From the NCBI RefSeq assembly GCF_964194155.1, contig NC_135901.1:20646001-20710000 (forward strand): 64,000 nucleotides of DNA, written 5' to 3'. This document shows positions 40,651 through 53,458 of this stretch, piece by piece; position 1 is the first letter of the stretch, and every line of letters begins with the position of its first letter. A model generated the notes under the pieces. It did no database searches. It saw nothing but the letters and a program-made list of their open reading frames with translations, and had not been told where the DNA came from. The stretch comes from Cetorhinus maximus. Taxonomy: Eukaryota. The position numbers were made by a program, and so were the translations under genes.

Positions 40651-41219
40651 AGAGAGGATCCCTGGGGTGATGTCCCGTGAGTTCAGGAGGATGGTATCAG
40701 AAGGGAATGGAGCAGGGAGAGAGGGTCCCTGGGGTGATGGTCAGTGAGTTCAGGAGGATGATATCAGGGGGAATGGAGCAGGGAGAGAGGATCCCTGGGG
40801 TGATGGTCAGCGAGTTCAGGAGGATGGTATCAGAGGGAATGTAGCAGGGGGAGAGAATCCCTGGGGTGATGGTCAGTGAGTTCAGGAGGATGGTATCAGA
40901 GGGAATGGAGCAGTGAGAGAGGATCGCTGGGGTGATGTTCAGTGAGTTCAGAGAGATGGTATCATAGGGAATGGAGCAGGGAGAGAGGATCCCTGGGGTG
41001 ATGGTCAGTGAGTTCATGAGGATGGTATCAGAAGGGAATGGAGCAGGGGGGAGAGGATCCCTGGGGTGATGTTCAGTGAGTTCAGAGAGATGGTATCATA
41101 GGGAATGGAGCAGGGAGAGAGGATCCCTGGGGTGATGGTCAGTGAGTTCATGAGGATGGTATCAGAAGGGAATGGAGCAGGGGGGAGAGGATCCCTGGGG
41201 TGATGTTCTGTGAGTTCAG
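40647..41219. repeat. Minisatellite, 66-67-nt unit x ~8.5
   Basis: gggagagaggatccctggggtgatggtcagtgagttcaggaggatggtatcagagggaatggagca repeated. Confidence 0.95.
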
Positions 41220-42751
41220 TAGTTTGTTGCATCAGGCAGGCCGCATGGCCTGGGAATTTCCACGATTATGCTCTCTGGTGTTCCTATTAAACCCCAAACT
41301 GTGGTAATAACTTGCAGGATTACTGCTTGAAAATGTGTCTTTGTCAGATCAGCCCCAGCCTCTAGGAAACATCCCTGGGTTTGTACCAAATGTTCCATGT
41401 ACGGTATATATGTATTTTTTGTTATTCATTTATACGATGTGTGAGTGGCTGTCTGGGCCAGCATTTATTGCCCATCCCTAATTGCCTTGAGAAGGTGGTT
41501 TGTGACGTCTCTGCCTTGTGAGTGTTTAATTGGACAAGGTACAGAGAGTCCAGGCGAATGTTCTGGGGGCTTGGGTTCAAATCCCAACATGGCAGCTGCT
41601 GGAATGTGAATTCAATTCATAAAATCTGGAATTGAAAACTGGACTCAGTAATGGTGACCATGACAACTATCACCGATTGTCGTAAAAACCCAACTGCTTC
41701 ACTACTGTCCTTTAATGAAGGGAATCTGCCCTCCTTACCCGGCCTGGCTGACATGTGATTCCAGGTCCACAGCAATGTGACTTAACTGCTCTCTGAAATG
41801 GCCTCAGAAGCCGGGATGTTGGGCCGGCCTTGCCAGCGACACTCACATTTCATTAAAGGATAAATGGAAAAAAACTTTTATTCTCTATCTAACCCCTGCT
41901 GCACAGACCCTGGGAGTGTTTGATGGGACAGTGTAAAGGAAGCTTTCTTTCTCCATGTACTGCCCTGCATCGGCCGCTGATGAAGCAGAGTCCTGCTGTT
42001 TACAATAAGCTGACATATGACTGTGACATACCAGAATATGACTGAAATCACCAAGACTCCCCTCGCTCTGGAGTTTGCCATAATAAGGCAGAGGGAAAGT
42101 TGTATTAATACCAATCAGCCGCTGGGTGGCTTTCACTGACAGTACTGCTGAAAAATACCTGTCTGGGAAAGTGGTGGTGGGGGGTGGGTGGGGGGTGGGT
42201 GTGGGGGGGGAACACACCGTATAATAGGGAAAGTGGAGTGGTATCGATGGGCCTTGGAGAAAGGATTTCGTCAACACCATATTTCGTTTCACATTAATGA
42301 TTTATTAACAATTTCAGAGAACATTTTACAGAACAGGTTATTTTAAAGTTAACTGAAATGAATATGAGCGTCACATTCAGAACAGAACACATTCCATCTG
42401 AGCTGCCAACTGTATGTACAACTGTAACAGCCACCAGAAAGAGAAAACAGGAGCTCAACATAAAGGGAAGGGAATAATTGTGAATGAGGAATGAAAAAAG
42501 TTACTTATTTACACAGGGAATTCAAACTACAGGGAAATTATAAGCTACAATTGCAACACAGCCAAAGTTATCTCGAACATTTCAAGCAGGAAACCAGAAA
42601 TACCGTCCATGATTGTCTCAGTTACAAATTTGGAAACATAAACTGAAGGTGTTTTCTTTTTAGAGCCACCAGAAGGTTATATTTTAAATTCGGAATACAG
42701 AGATCTCAATAAAGAGCTGAGGAAAATCTACAGTGTCCAAGTTTCAACCGA

Positions 42752-42760
42752 TCACTTGGT
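42752..42760 (-). CDS. IGHM: IgM TM2 exon (TK-stop)
   Basis: Acceptor tcttttacag/ACC AAG TGA; AATAAA at 42301-42306 downstream. Confidence 0.75.
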   Translation of the reverse strand, partial: TK

Positions 42761-42898
42761 CTGTAAAAGAGGATGACATAATGAAGCAGATGTTTAAGAT
42801 CTGGGACATTTATGTTGAAGTTTTAATCAATGAAGCATTGAGAGATTTTTCAAACTGCTCCTGTCAGTTTGAGGTGTGAGAGGATTGAATCTTCTCAC

Positions 42899-43026
42899 CT
42901 TCACCAGAGTTACGGCAGTGCTGTAGCACATGCTCAGGAAGAACAGGATGATGAATGTGGAAGCGGTTGTCCAGATATTGCCGTTATCATCCTCAGAGTC
43001 TTCAATCCAGATGCGGTCTGTGGAAT
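42899..43026 (-). CDS. IGHM: IgM TM1 exon
   Basis: ag/...DSTDRIWIEDSEDDNGNIWTTASTFIILFFLSMCYSTAVTLVK/gtgag; CART motif residues present. Confidence 0.93.
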
Positions 43027-43559
43027 CTACGGGGATATAGCGCCCGAAATATAATTAGATTGCTTATTAATCCATCATTTTTTTTATGTTCTCCTTTCTC
43101 TTTCTCAAGGTATTAATGTATTCTCTTATTTAATGTTCAATGTATATCTACTGTCAAGTTCGTGACACTCAAAGAAATCTCTGTAACTATCTTCACAGCT
43201 GTTCTTCCTTTACATTCCTCGTACTGTTCGTGTCAGAAAATATGGCAACTTTTCTCCAATATCAGTTCATTTTCGAACAATTTCGTACGATCTATTATTG
43301 GCGGATATTATGATGGGTATCGAGGGAGGTTCACTGAGATACTTATTTGGAAACAGTGAACATTGCTTTTTAAAAGCTTGGATGTGAGTTTCCATCTTGT
43401 TTGTTTATTTGTTTGGTGCGTCGTTAAATTAAATCAGTTTCTCAGTAAGAACATTGTTTCAGCGTACTTCGGGTCATTTTATAATGGGGAGAATTGCCGG
43501 AGGATATGTCCGTTATAAAAGAACGGTTGAATTATACTTTCTTCAACGGCTTTGAGTTT

Positions 43560-44575
43560 TTATTTGTGCTTTAGCTTTTGTGTATGTCTGCATGAGTATC
43601 TCGTGCTTTGCATCACGGTTTGTTTGTGTGTCCATATGCGTGTATGAGTGTTAATGTGTATGTTCAAGCGCCAATGACTTGTGCATTTGTATGCCCGCGC
43701 CTGCATGTATACTTTGTTTTCTGTCAATGTGTATGTAAGAGTGTGTTATTGTGTGTATGTATTGATGTATTTGTTTATTTGTGAATTCCTGTGTTAATGT
43801 GTGTTTATGCGTTCCTGTCTGCTAATATGCGTGTTAATGTGTCCTTTTGGCTCCACGTGTGTGTCAGTATCTGAATGTTTGTGTCTTCATGAGTGTGTCT
43901 CTGTGTGTGTGTGTTAATGTGCAGTATGTTGATGGATATTTACAACTATGTATTGATGTGTGTTTATGTCCCCATATGTGCTAATATTCGTGTTTTCGTG
44001 TGTATGAGTATGTTAATATTTGTGTCAACATGTGCGCCTGTGAATGTATTACTGTCTGTTTATCTATGTGTTTGTGTGTAATCCATTACTATGTGTCTAT
44101 CTGTGTCCATGCAAGTGTGCTAATGTGTATGATAGTGTGTGTCTTTATGTCTATATTTCTGTCATCATTAATGTGTGCTAATACACATGTCAACCGTTGC
44201 ATTTATATTTCGTGTACTTGTGTGAGCCTGCTTGCCTGGTTTTATTTGATTGCATTTGTGTCTGTTTGTGTATGTGCACATGTGTTTGTGTGTGAATTTA
44301 TACATGTGTGCATATGTACGTATGTGTTTGTGCATTTGCATGTATGTATATGTGTGTGCATATTTGTATATGTGTTTATGTATATATGTGTGCCTGTGTG
44401 TGTGTTTGTGTGTCTGTGCATTTGTGTGTTGTGTGTGTTTGCGTGTTTGTGTGTCTGTGCATTTGTGTGTTGTGTGTGTGTTTGTGTGTCTGTGCATTTG
44501 TGTGTGTGTGGTTGTGTGTTTGTGTGTGTGTGTGTGGTTGTGTGTTTGTGTGTTTTGTCAGTTGTATATGGTTTT
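43560..44575. repeat. (TG)-rich low-complexity tract
   Basis: Degenerate TG/TA dinucleotide repeats. Confidence 0.9.
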
Positions 44576-45159
44576 GTCAGTTGTGTGTATTTTCACTCTT
44601 GTTCCATGTTTCACTGGATATCAATAACCAGTCTGATCATGAAGGTATGAATTATGGAGAATATTCACAACTTTCTGTGTATATTTTCTGTGAAATGTAA
44701 GGTGACATCAGGTGAACGAATGCAAAAATTCAACGATGTGCCTCCTAAAATTCTGGGAGGAACCATGAAATAGTCAGGGAGGATTCAATCACCAGTTTAG
44801 ATTTGGATCATAAGAAATCAATGTTAGAATGAGGATGATAGGATCAAGAGTATTAAAACTTTAAAAATTATGTTGCATAAATACAAATTTTACATTTTTA
44901 GTATGACGGAAGTTAGGGCCTGCGGACAGTAAGCTAGAAGCCGACTTGTACTGTTGGGAACTGAGTCCTTACAGTGGAACCCCGTTCTGTTCCAAACTCT
45001 TGGCTCGGGGAATGGGAAACCTGTGAGGTAGTATTTTCATTTTGTCTGGTCGGCTAAGCAATTTCCCTTTCTGTAAGGTACACTGGCTTAACTAATGATG
45101 TTCCTCATCTTCATGTTGGGCAAGTGAGGGTAGAATGGGTTAATTTCCCTTTCAGCTCT

Positions 45160-45530
45160 TGCTGTTGGGGAAGTGGGGGAACAGCGGCTTAACTAATTAC
45201 CCTCCCCCTCCCTCTGTTAGGGAAGTGGGGGTACAGCCGGTTAACTAATTACCCGCCCCCTCCATCTGTTGGGGAAGTGGGGGTACAGCGGGTTAACTAA
45301 TTACCCTCCCCCTCCCTCTGTTGGGGAAGTGGGGGTACAGCGGGTTAACTAATTACCCTCCCCATTCCACCGTTGGGGAAGTGGGGGTACAGTGGGTTAA
45401 CAATTTCCCTCCCCCCCGCTCTCTGTTGGGGAAGTGGGGGTACAGTGTGTTAACAATTTCCCCCCTCCCCCTCCCTCTGTTGGGGAAGTGAGGGTACAGT
45501 GGGTTAACAATTTCCCTTTCCCCGCTTTCT
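45160..45530. repeat. Minisatellite, ~52-56-nt unit x ~7
   Basis: ctgttggggaagtgggggtacagcgggttaactaattaccctcccc repeated. Confidence 0.9.
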
Positions 45531-45936
45531 GATGAGGGATTGTTGGGACATGTTTCTGTGTGACCCTCACTTCAGTTCCCAGTGGGTGTGGTGCAGCAGT
45601 TTAAAGCTGACATCCATTTTAAAGGGATGGACAATAAGAGAAGCAGGAACACTGACATCTAAATGTGCTGTGTATGTTTGCTGGAAATGGGAAATTGTCA
45701 GATTTCTCCTCAGCGGGAGGAGAGTTGGTGAAGTTATTTTGCAGAATCCTGTAATGAATGAGCTTAACTCTGTCTCTAACCCAGGGTGTATCTGAGCTGG
45801 GAGCACTGGGTGTACAAGACTTGGGCCTGAGCGCTGTAAATATCTGATTTTAACTGAACAGGTCTAACATTAGCAAAAGTGGAAAACAACATTAATTAAA
45901 CGCTTGTGTTTTTAAATCACTTTTGGAGGAAAAGGC

Positions 45937-45951
45937 TTTATTTTTTTTATT
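45937..45951 (-). terminator. Secretory-form poly(A) signals
   Basis: Two AATAAA (tttatt at 45937-45942 and 45946-45951) ~30 nt after the stop codon. Confidence 0.75.
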
Positions 45952-45978
45952 GAAGTTTGAAATGTAACCGAGAGATTC

Positions 45979-46370
45979 TCATTGACATGAATTAACGGTG
46001 TCCATCAGTGCAAGGGAAATGTTCACTAAACTTGGTTTACCGCTGGATTTATCAACTGTTCTGTTGATGATCTTCAAGGGGATCGCTTCATGTCCCACCA
46101 CACAGGAGTAAGAAGCGCCGCTGGCCCACTCCTCCGCTGCAATGGATAACAGGCTGTACATGAAAAAGGAGCTATTGCCGTTCTCCGCCACCACCTCGGT
46201 GTTCTTGTAGTTCCCGGGATTCACTGGTTTGTCATTGACGGTCCACTTGACGAAGATCTCTCGGGGGGAGAAACCTCTCACAAAGCAGCTCAGGGAGATG
46301 AATCTCTGAGCGGAGACATCTTCTGCCGAGGGCAGGAGGACAGACACGGACGGTTCCCGCGGATTTTTAA
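45979..46370 (-). CDS. IGHM: IgM Cmu4 + secretory tailpiece
   Basis: ctgcag/ [14 protein letters not shown]...[23 protein letters not shown]; internal donor G/GTAAA at 46041/46040; tail [20 protein letters not shown] with N-glycan site and penultimate Cys. Confidence 0.95.
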
Positions 46371-47042
46371 CTGCAGAAAATGTACAATAAATGTCAATAA
46401 ACTTCGGAGACAATGAAACCTCTGATTAGATATGAGAGAAATGTGTTTTGTGTTGAATATTAAACGTTTTTATTATCTACCTCTTGGAAATATATCGCTG
46501 TTGCTTCACTGTTGCTGAGTCAAAATCCTGGAACTCCCTCCCTAACAGCACTGTCGGTGTACATGCACCACATGGACTACAGCGGTTCAGGAAGGCAGCA
46601 CACCGCCACCTTCTGAAGGGCAACTAGGGATGGGCAATAAACGCTGGCACATCCCATGAATTAATAAATAAAACACTTTGGATCTGTCCGGTTTCCCAGC
46701 TCGGAGCAGAGGTGGACACAGTCCTTTTTCCCCAAGAACCTGTGGGGTTGGACTAGAAAGTTTCTCAAAGTTTACAGCACAGAAACAGGCCATTCGGCCC
46801 AACTGGTCTGTGTTGGTGTTTAAGCTCCACAGCAGGCTACTCCCACATTACTTCATCTAAACGCAATAGCACAGCCTTCAATTCATTGTTCATTCATCTA
46901 CTTATCAATTTCCCCCTTGAAGTCTACAGGCCCAGAGCATTTATTTAGTGGAATTACCAATCGGAGTGGACCTTAATACACTGAATACTAAATATTCACC
47001 CTCACACAATGATTCACTTATTGCTTCAATCTCACCGCTCAC

Positions 47043-47351
47043 CTGGTTCCTTGTGGATGGAACTTCTTAAAGGAGTCGGCAGATCCTGATTGCTCACCAC
47101 GCAGTAGAACTCAGCCCCACTCAGCCAGGCTTATGTCGAGATGTTTACGTTGCTGACCACGCTGTTGTGATCCTCTCCCGGTTGGACGGCAATCTCTGAT
47201 TTCAAAGGCTTCTTTTCTTGGGTCCAGGACACGAGGACTCCATAAGGGGCATGAAAAACGATGCAGGTTAATGTCACCGTCGCCTCCAGTAAAACCTGTT
47301 CTATTGGCGGTGACAGTAGAGTAATTGTGGGATCACTGCATTGGGAATGTT
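47043..47351 (-). pseudogene. IGHM: IgM Cmu3 exon with premature stop
   Basis: cacag/ [13 protein letters not shown]...[34 protein letters not shown] /gtgag; TAA at 47131-47133. Confidence 0.93.
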
Positions 47352-47760
47352 CTGTGAAACAGAAATGAAAATCAACCAAAGTTTCACGTTCAGAATCAGG
47401 ACAGCAGTATTCAGTCTTCACTCTCTAAAGGAGAATATATCACCTTCGACACATCAACCTCTAACTATCGTCTTTAATCTTCTTTACACAATGCAAAACC
47501 AGCTTGGTCTGTGTAAATTGTTCTCATAATTTAAGTCCTTCAGCCCCGGTAACATTCTAATGAATCTGCGTTGCCCCAGTCCCAATACAAATACATCATT
47601 CCTGGGCCTTGGAATGCAGGACTGAAAGCTGTTTTATAAATAAGGTGGATGCACTTTCCAGCACTCTATCCCGAAGCTGTTACCAACTTTAATAAATTAC
47701 AGATTTGATTAACATCGGAGTGCAGAATGCTCTATTGATTCCTCCGTTTTTATTTCTTAC

Positions 47761-48075
47761 CCTCACACTTGGTGGCGTTTCGACTTTGGGTGACCCCTAG
47801 ATGAGTGACCTGACAGGTATAGGCCGCGTCGGTGAACCACTCCCCAGCAGAGACTTTCAGCCGACTGATCGCCGAGAAGTTCCCGTTTATTTCAAAGGCG
47901 GGAGAGGTGACAATTCCTGAATCCATGGGTTGTCCATTCTTCAGCCACTTCACGGTCATTGAACTTGGACGGAAATCGATGATTGAACAGACGGCGGTTG
48001 CAAATTTGTTGGTTGTGATTTCTTCCCGGGTACTCACGGTGAGGAGAACAGTTGGAGGGAAGACAGGTCCAGCAC
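47761..48075 (-). CDS. IGHM: IgM Cmu2 exon
   Basis: gaag/ (C)[11 protein letters not shown]...VCSIIDF...WLKNG...YTCQVTH...TKCE /gtaag; 315 nt, phase 1. Confidence 0.93.
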
Positions 48076-48288
48076 CTTCAAAAAACACAGGTTAGACATT
48101 TCTTGCAGAACAAATTGATAACAAATACAATGAGTTCGTATATTTTAACAGGCATTTTCCGTTAATAGGCACTAACCTGGATTTTCCAGGGATCAGAACT
48201 TTGCAGAGTACGATAAATGCGTTATAACCAAGGCCCTATACAGGTTAATCACAGCCTTTCTGTTTCTCACAGGTTCCCCAACACTTAC

Positions 48289-48588
48289 ATTGCATTCCAA
48301 TGCTCTTGTCTGAGCCGCTGTATTGAACCTCACACTTGATTTTGCTGCATCCCCCCTCTGACTCGGTGATGGTTAGCTGGCTGCTCAGGGTGTAGGTTCC
48401 CTTCTGGTTTCTCACTGACGGGTAAGTCTTAAATCCAGTGGTGATCGGCTGCCCATCTTTCTTCCAAGTTAGGCTGGTGATTTCTGGGGAGTAGTCTGTC
48501 GCCAAACAGCCGTAGGTGACGGAGCCGTCGGTGTTGTGTTGCTGACAGGGGGAGACCAGGCTGTAGAGAGTGGGCGAAGACGGTGTTG
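48289..48588 (-). CDS. IGHM: IgM Cmu1 exon
   Basis: ccag/ [15 protein letters not shown]...[10 protein letters not shown]...WKKDG...SSQLTI...CEVQ...MQ /gtaag; 300 nt. Confidence 0.93.
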
Positions 48589-49619
48589 CTGGGAAAGAAT
48601 GGCCGATTGAACAAGTTAGACTCTGATTTGTGATCATTAAGTAACCAAACAACTCAAAATTTGACTATAACTATAAACATATCCTAATATATTCCAACTA
48701 AAACCCAAATCCACATTTGTTCATTTATTATTTCCATCATTTGGTGACCCTTACCTGTCGGTTCCCTCTTTAGAAACCCACACCTCTTTTTCCGCCTCTA
48801 TCCCATTACTAAAAGAGAACATTCTGATGTCATCTGAATGACGTACCTTTCATTGGGTTAAAATGGATGAGCAGAAGATTTTCCCAATTATTTCGGCCAC
48901 CAGTTATTTCTCAATCAACAGCACTTGGTGTTAGAGAAGTTCTCCCGTTATTTATATCATTGCAGTTTGGAAATTGGCTCTGTTCAAATTGACTGATGCC
49001 CCCTCCCCTCTCCACGTCCCCTCAAAAACAAAGAATAGCAACGACCCTTCGAAAGTACCTTTGTAACGGTAACTATATAATGACCATAGAACTCTAAATT
49101 GAATACCGGTTACAGTAATTACGACATTTTCCAATCGTATGTACATATGAACATGCGGATTAGGAGCAGGAGTAGGCCACTCGGCCTTTCGAGCCTCCTC
49201 CATCATTCAATACGATCATGGCTGATCTGATTGTGGCATTAACTCCACATTCCCGCCTATTCTCCGCTTCTATCCCAGCTGCCCCTCCAATCACAGCCCC
49301 TCCTACCCCGTTAGCTGCTGATAGGCTGACCAGTGGGCCTATCAGCAGTAGAAGTGGGGGACAAACAGGTTGTAATTGGAGGGTCAGCGAACACCCGCTT
49401 GAGAAAGGCGCAGGGAGCCGGGGGGAAGCGCACAGAGACATTGTCTCCCTTCTATCCCAGGCACTGAGTGTCTTTCCCCGGGAATGGAAAGGATTTCAGG
49501 AGGGGGAGAGACAATGAGGGAGAGAGAGAGAGAGGGAGAGATAGAGAGAGTGGGGTCCAGGGCATCTGGGGCCTGGGCTCGCAATTGCTTTCGCCCAGCT
49601 CTCCCCGCTAAAGCCCGGC

Positions 49620-50130
49620 TCTCTGCACTTTCATCCGCCTCTTTGCCCTTCACCACTCACCGGATCTCTGCCCTTTCCCCCCCCACCTCTCTGCTCTTCC
49701 CCCCTCCTCTCTGCCTCTCCGCCCTTTCCCCGACGGCCCTCTGCCCTTTCTCCCGCCTGTCTGCCCGTCCCACCCCCCCGCCCCCCTGCCCTGTCCCCCC
49801 TCCGCCTCCCTGCCCTTCTGCTCCCCGCCTCTCTGCCCTTCCACCTCGCCTCTCTGCCCTTTCCCCCCCTGCCCCCCGTCCTCTCTTCCCTATCCCCCCT
49901 CCTGCCTCTCTGCCCTCTCCCCCCCTCTCTCTGCCCTTTCTCCCACAGCTCTCTGTCATTTTTCCCTCAGCTCTCTGCCCTTACTCCAGAGGTCTCTGTG
50001 CTTTCGTCCGGCTCTTTGACCTTTCCCCCTACTCTTTGCCCTTCCACCCCCCGCCTCCCTGCCCTTTCCCCGGCTCTATGCGCTTTCCCCCCGCCTCTCT
50101 GCCCTTTAACCCCGCCTTTCTGCCTTCCCA
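49620..50130. repeat. Degenerate ~21-nt C-rich repeat (ctctgccctttccccccgcct), G-rich on the Ig sense strand
   Basis: ctctgccc(t) motif recurs many times. Confidence 0.85.
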
Positions 50131-50259
50131 CCGACGCTCGACCTCCCTCGGCCATGCTCCACTTTCCGACAGATCTAGGCCTCAGTCCTCGCTTCCAGGA
50201 CTGCATTCCCCGCATAGTTCTCGCCCTCCCACACACCGATTTAGGAAAAGTGATCGTGT

Positions 50260-50935
50260 GAGTGAGTGTGTGCATGATTGACAGAGTGAAGGTAGCTGAG
50301 TAACAGAATGAGGGTGGGTGGCTGAGTGTGTGAGGTTGCGTGGGTGAATGAAGGAATAAGTGAGGGTGGGTGGTGAGTGAGCGTGGGTGGGTGTCTGAAT
50401 GTGGGTGAGTGAGGGTGGATGAGTGAGTGAGGGTGGGTGATTGAATGAGGGTATATGAGTGGGTGAGTGAGGGTTGGTGGTTATGTGAGGTTGGGTATGT
50501 GAGTGAGCGTGAGTGGGTGTGTGAGGGTGCGTGGATGGATGAGTTATTGAGTGTGAGTGAACGTAGGTGAGTGAGGATGGGCGGGTGAGTGAATTTGAGT
50601 GAGGGTAAGTGAGGGTGGATGAGTGAGGATGGCGGAGTGAGAGTGGGTGAATGAGTGTGAATGAGGCTGGGTGTGTAAGGGTGAGTGAGTGAGGGTCCGT
50701 GAGTGAGGGTGAATGAGCAACTGGTGGTGAATAAATGAGCGTGAATGAAGGTGGGTGAGTGAGTGAGGATAAGTGAGGGTGGGTGAGTGAGTGAGGGTGG
50801 GTGAGGGTGCGTGAGTGAGGGTGCGTGAATGAGGGTGCCCGAGTGAGGGTGAGTGAGTGAGGGTGGGTGGTGAGTGAGGGTGAGTGAGTGAGGGTGGGTG
50901 AGGGAGTGAGGGTGAGTGATTGTGGGTTGTGAGGG
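50260..50935. repeat. (GAGT/GGGT)n tetranucleotide-type tract
   Basis: gagtgagggtgggt repeats. Confidence 0.9.
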
Positions 50936-51574
50936 TGCCCAAGTGCAGGACGCTCATCAAGGCGATGTTTCTCTGGATGATTTTCCGCTCCGGCTCAGCT
51001 TTCCGTTGCTTGTTGCCCACAGCCGAGCTGGGGGCTCCTCCATTCGGCTCCACCACCTCCACCTCCTCCTCTTCCTCTCCATCGATCCTGTCCTGATTCT
51101 CTATATTGATCAGCTTTCAGTAACACCGGCTGTGTTAAGTCAGGCAGCAGTGTAGATCTCTGGCCAGCTGCTTTAATGCCGATGCCTTTCTTTGAGAAAC
51201 CCATGTCAGTGCACAAATAGGCAGACTGAGGGGGCTGGAGGGGAAGGTTACAGCAAAACCAGGATGGGCCGTGCAGGCATTTTGCACCAAGTGTGCACCA
51301 GTATTGGGGATCCAGGCGGCCGTGGTCTCCGTCACATCCTTCCCTTTTTCTTGTTTCTTTGTGGTTGGTTCAACACATGGAAATTCTCCACATTTTTAGT
51401 GATGTCACCTGTGTAATTTAATTTTACACAACAGGTCCTCAGAAATGGAACAATGAACATGCACGCAGCTTAACGGATTTTATTCTGCAAGTAATATTTT
51501 CAGCCCACTGCTGTGTGTGAGAATGTGTGTATGTGTGTGCGTGAGAGAGAGTGTGCATGCATTTACACAGAAAC

Positions 51575-53390
51575 ATAGAAACTCGGAGCACAGAATCACA
51601 CAGAATCACACAGTGCAGAAGAGGCCCTTCGGCCCATCGAGTCTGCACCGACACGTGAGAAACACCTGACCTACTTACCTAATCTCATTGACCAGCACTT
51701 GGCCCATAGCCTTGAATGTTATGACGTTCCAAGTGCTCATCCGGTACTTTTTAAAGGATGTGAGGCAACCCGCCTCCACCACCCTCTAAGGCAGTGCATT
51801 CCAGACTGTCATCACCCTCTGGGTAAAAAAGGTTTTCCTCACACCCCCCGAATCCTCCTGCCTCTCACCTTGAACGTATGTCCCCTTGTGACTGACCCAT
51901 CAACTAAGGGGAACTGTTGCTCCCTATCCACCCTGTCCATGCCCCTCATAATTTTGTACACCTCGATCAGGTCGACCCTCAATCTTCTCTGCTCCAACGA
52001 AAACAACCCAAGTCTATCCAACCTCTCTTCATAACTTAAATGTTTCATCCCAGGCAACATCCTGGTGAATCTCCTCTGCATCCTCTCCAGTGCAATCACA
52101 TCCTTCCTATGATGTGGCGACCAGAACTGCACACAGTTCTCCTGCTGTGGCCTCACTAAGATTTTATACAAATCCAACATGACCTCCCTACTTTTGTAAT
52201 CTATGCCTCGATTGATAAAGGCCAGTGTCCTATATGCCTCTTTCACCACCCCACTAACATGCCCTTCTGTCTGCAGAGATCTATGGACACACACGCCAAG
52301 GTCCCTTTGTTCCTCAGAACTTCCTAGTGCCATGCCGTTCATTGAATACTTCCTTGTCAGATTACTCCTTCCAAAGTGTATCACCTCACACCTTTCAGGG
52401 TTAAATTCCATCTGCCACTTATCTGCCCATTTGACTATCCTGTCTATATCTTCCTGCAGCCCAAGACACTCAACCTCACTGTTAACCACCCGGCCAATCT
52501 TTGTGTCATCTGCAAACTTACTAATACTTACTAATCCCACCCCCCACATACTCATCTATGTCATTTATATAAATGACAAATAATAGGGGACCCAGCACAG
52601 GTCCCTGTGGTACGCCACTGGACACTGGTTTCTAGTCACTAAAGCATCCTTCTGTCATCACTCTCTGCCTCCTACAGGTAAGCCAATTTTGAATCCACCT
52701 TATCAAATTACCCTGTATCCCATGTGCCTTTCCCTTCTTTATAAGTCTCCCATGTGGGACCTTGTCAAATGCTTTGCTGAAATCCATATAAACTACATCA
52801 ACTGCACTGCCCTCATCTACACACCTGGTCGCCTCCTCAAAAAATTCGATCAAATTTGTCAGGCATGACATCTCCTCTGACAAAGTCATGCTGACTATCC
52901 CTGATCAAACCTTGCCTCTCCAAGTGGAGATGGATTCTCTCCTTCAGAATTTTCTCCAATCGTTTCCCTACCACTGACGTGAGACTTACTGGCCTGTAGT
53001 TCTCTGGCTTATCTCTACAACCCTTCTTAATTAGCGGGAGTAAGCCATTCGACCCTTCGAGCCTGCTCCGCCATTCATTATGATCATGGCTGACCATCCA
53101 ACTCAATAGCCTGATCCCGCTTTCTCCCCAGACACTTTGATCCATTTCGACCCAAGAGCTATATCTGACTCCTTCCTGAAAAAATACAATGTTTTGGTCT
53201 CAACTACTTTCTGTGGTAACGAATTCCACAGGCTCACCACCCTCTGGGTGAAGAAAGTTCTCCTCATCTCAGTCCTAAATGGCCTACCCCATATCCTCAG
53301 AATGTGAGCCCTGGTTCTGGACTCCCCCACCATTGGGAACATCCTTCCTGCAGCTACCCTGCCTAGTCCTGTTAGAATTTTATAGGTTTG
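51575..53390 (-). mobile_element. CR1 LINE fragments (RT and 3' end; a second 3' fragment at 53030-53390)
   Basis: ORF 51839-52555 KFADDTKIG...CEVIHFG; VDVVYMDFSKAFDKVPH; NYRPVSLTSVVGK. Confidence 0.9.
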
Positions 53391-53393
53391 CCT

Positions 53394-53458
<65 letters not shown>

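Noticed and set aside
40647-41219. Regular repeat resembling a CRISPR array or repeat protein
   Set aside because: No unique spacers, eukaryotic context; plain minisatellite (same for 45160-45530 and 10440-10690)
43893-44700. Cys/Val- and His/Thr-rich ORFs up to 216 aa
   Set aside because: Translations of (TG)n low-complexity sequence inside the Cmu4-TM1 intron
49484-51062. 265-aa Pro-rich and 172-aa His/Thr-rich ORFs
   Set aside because: Products of simple repeats; no domain or splice support
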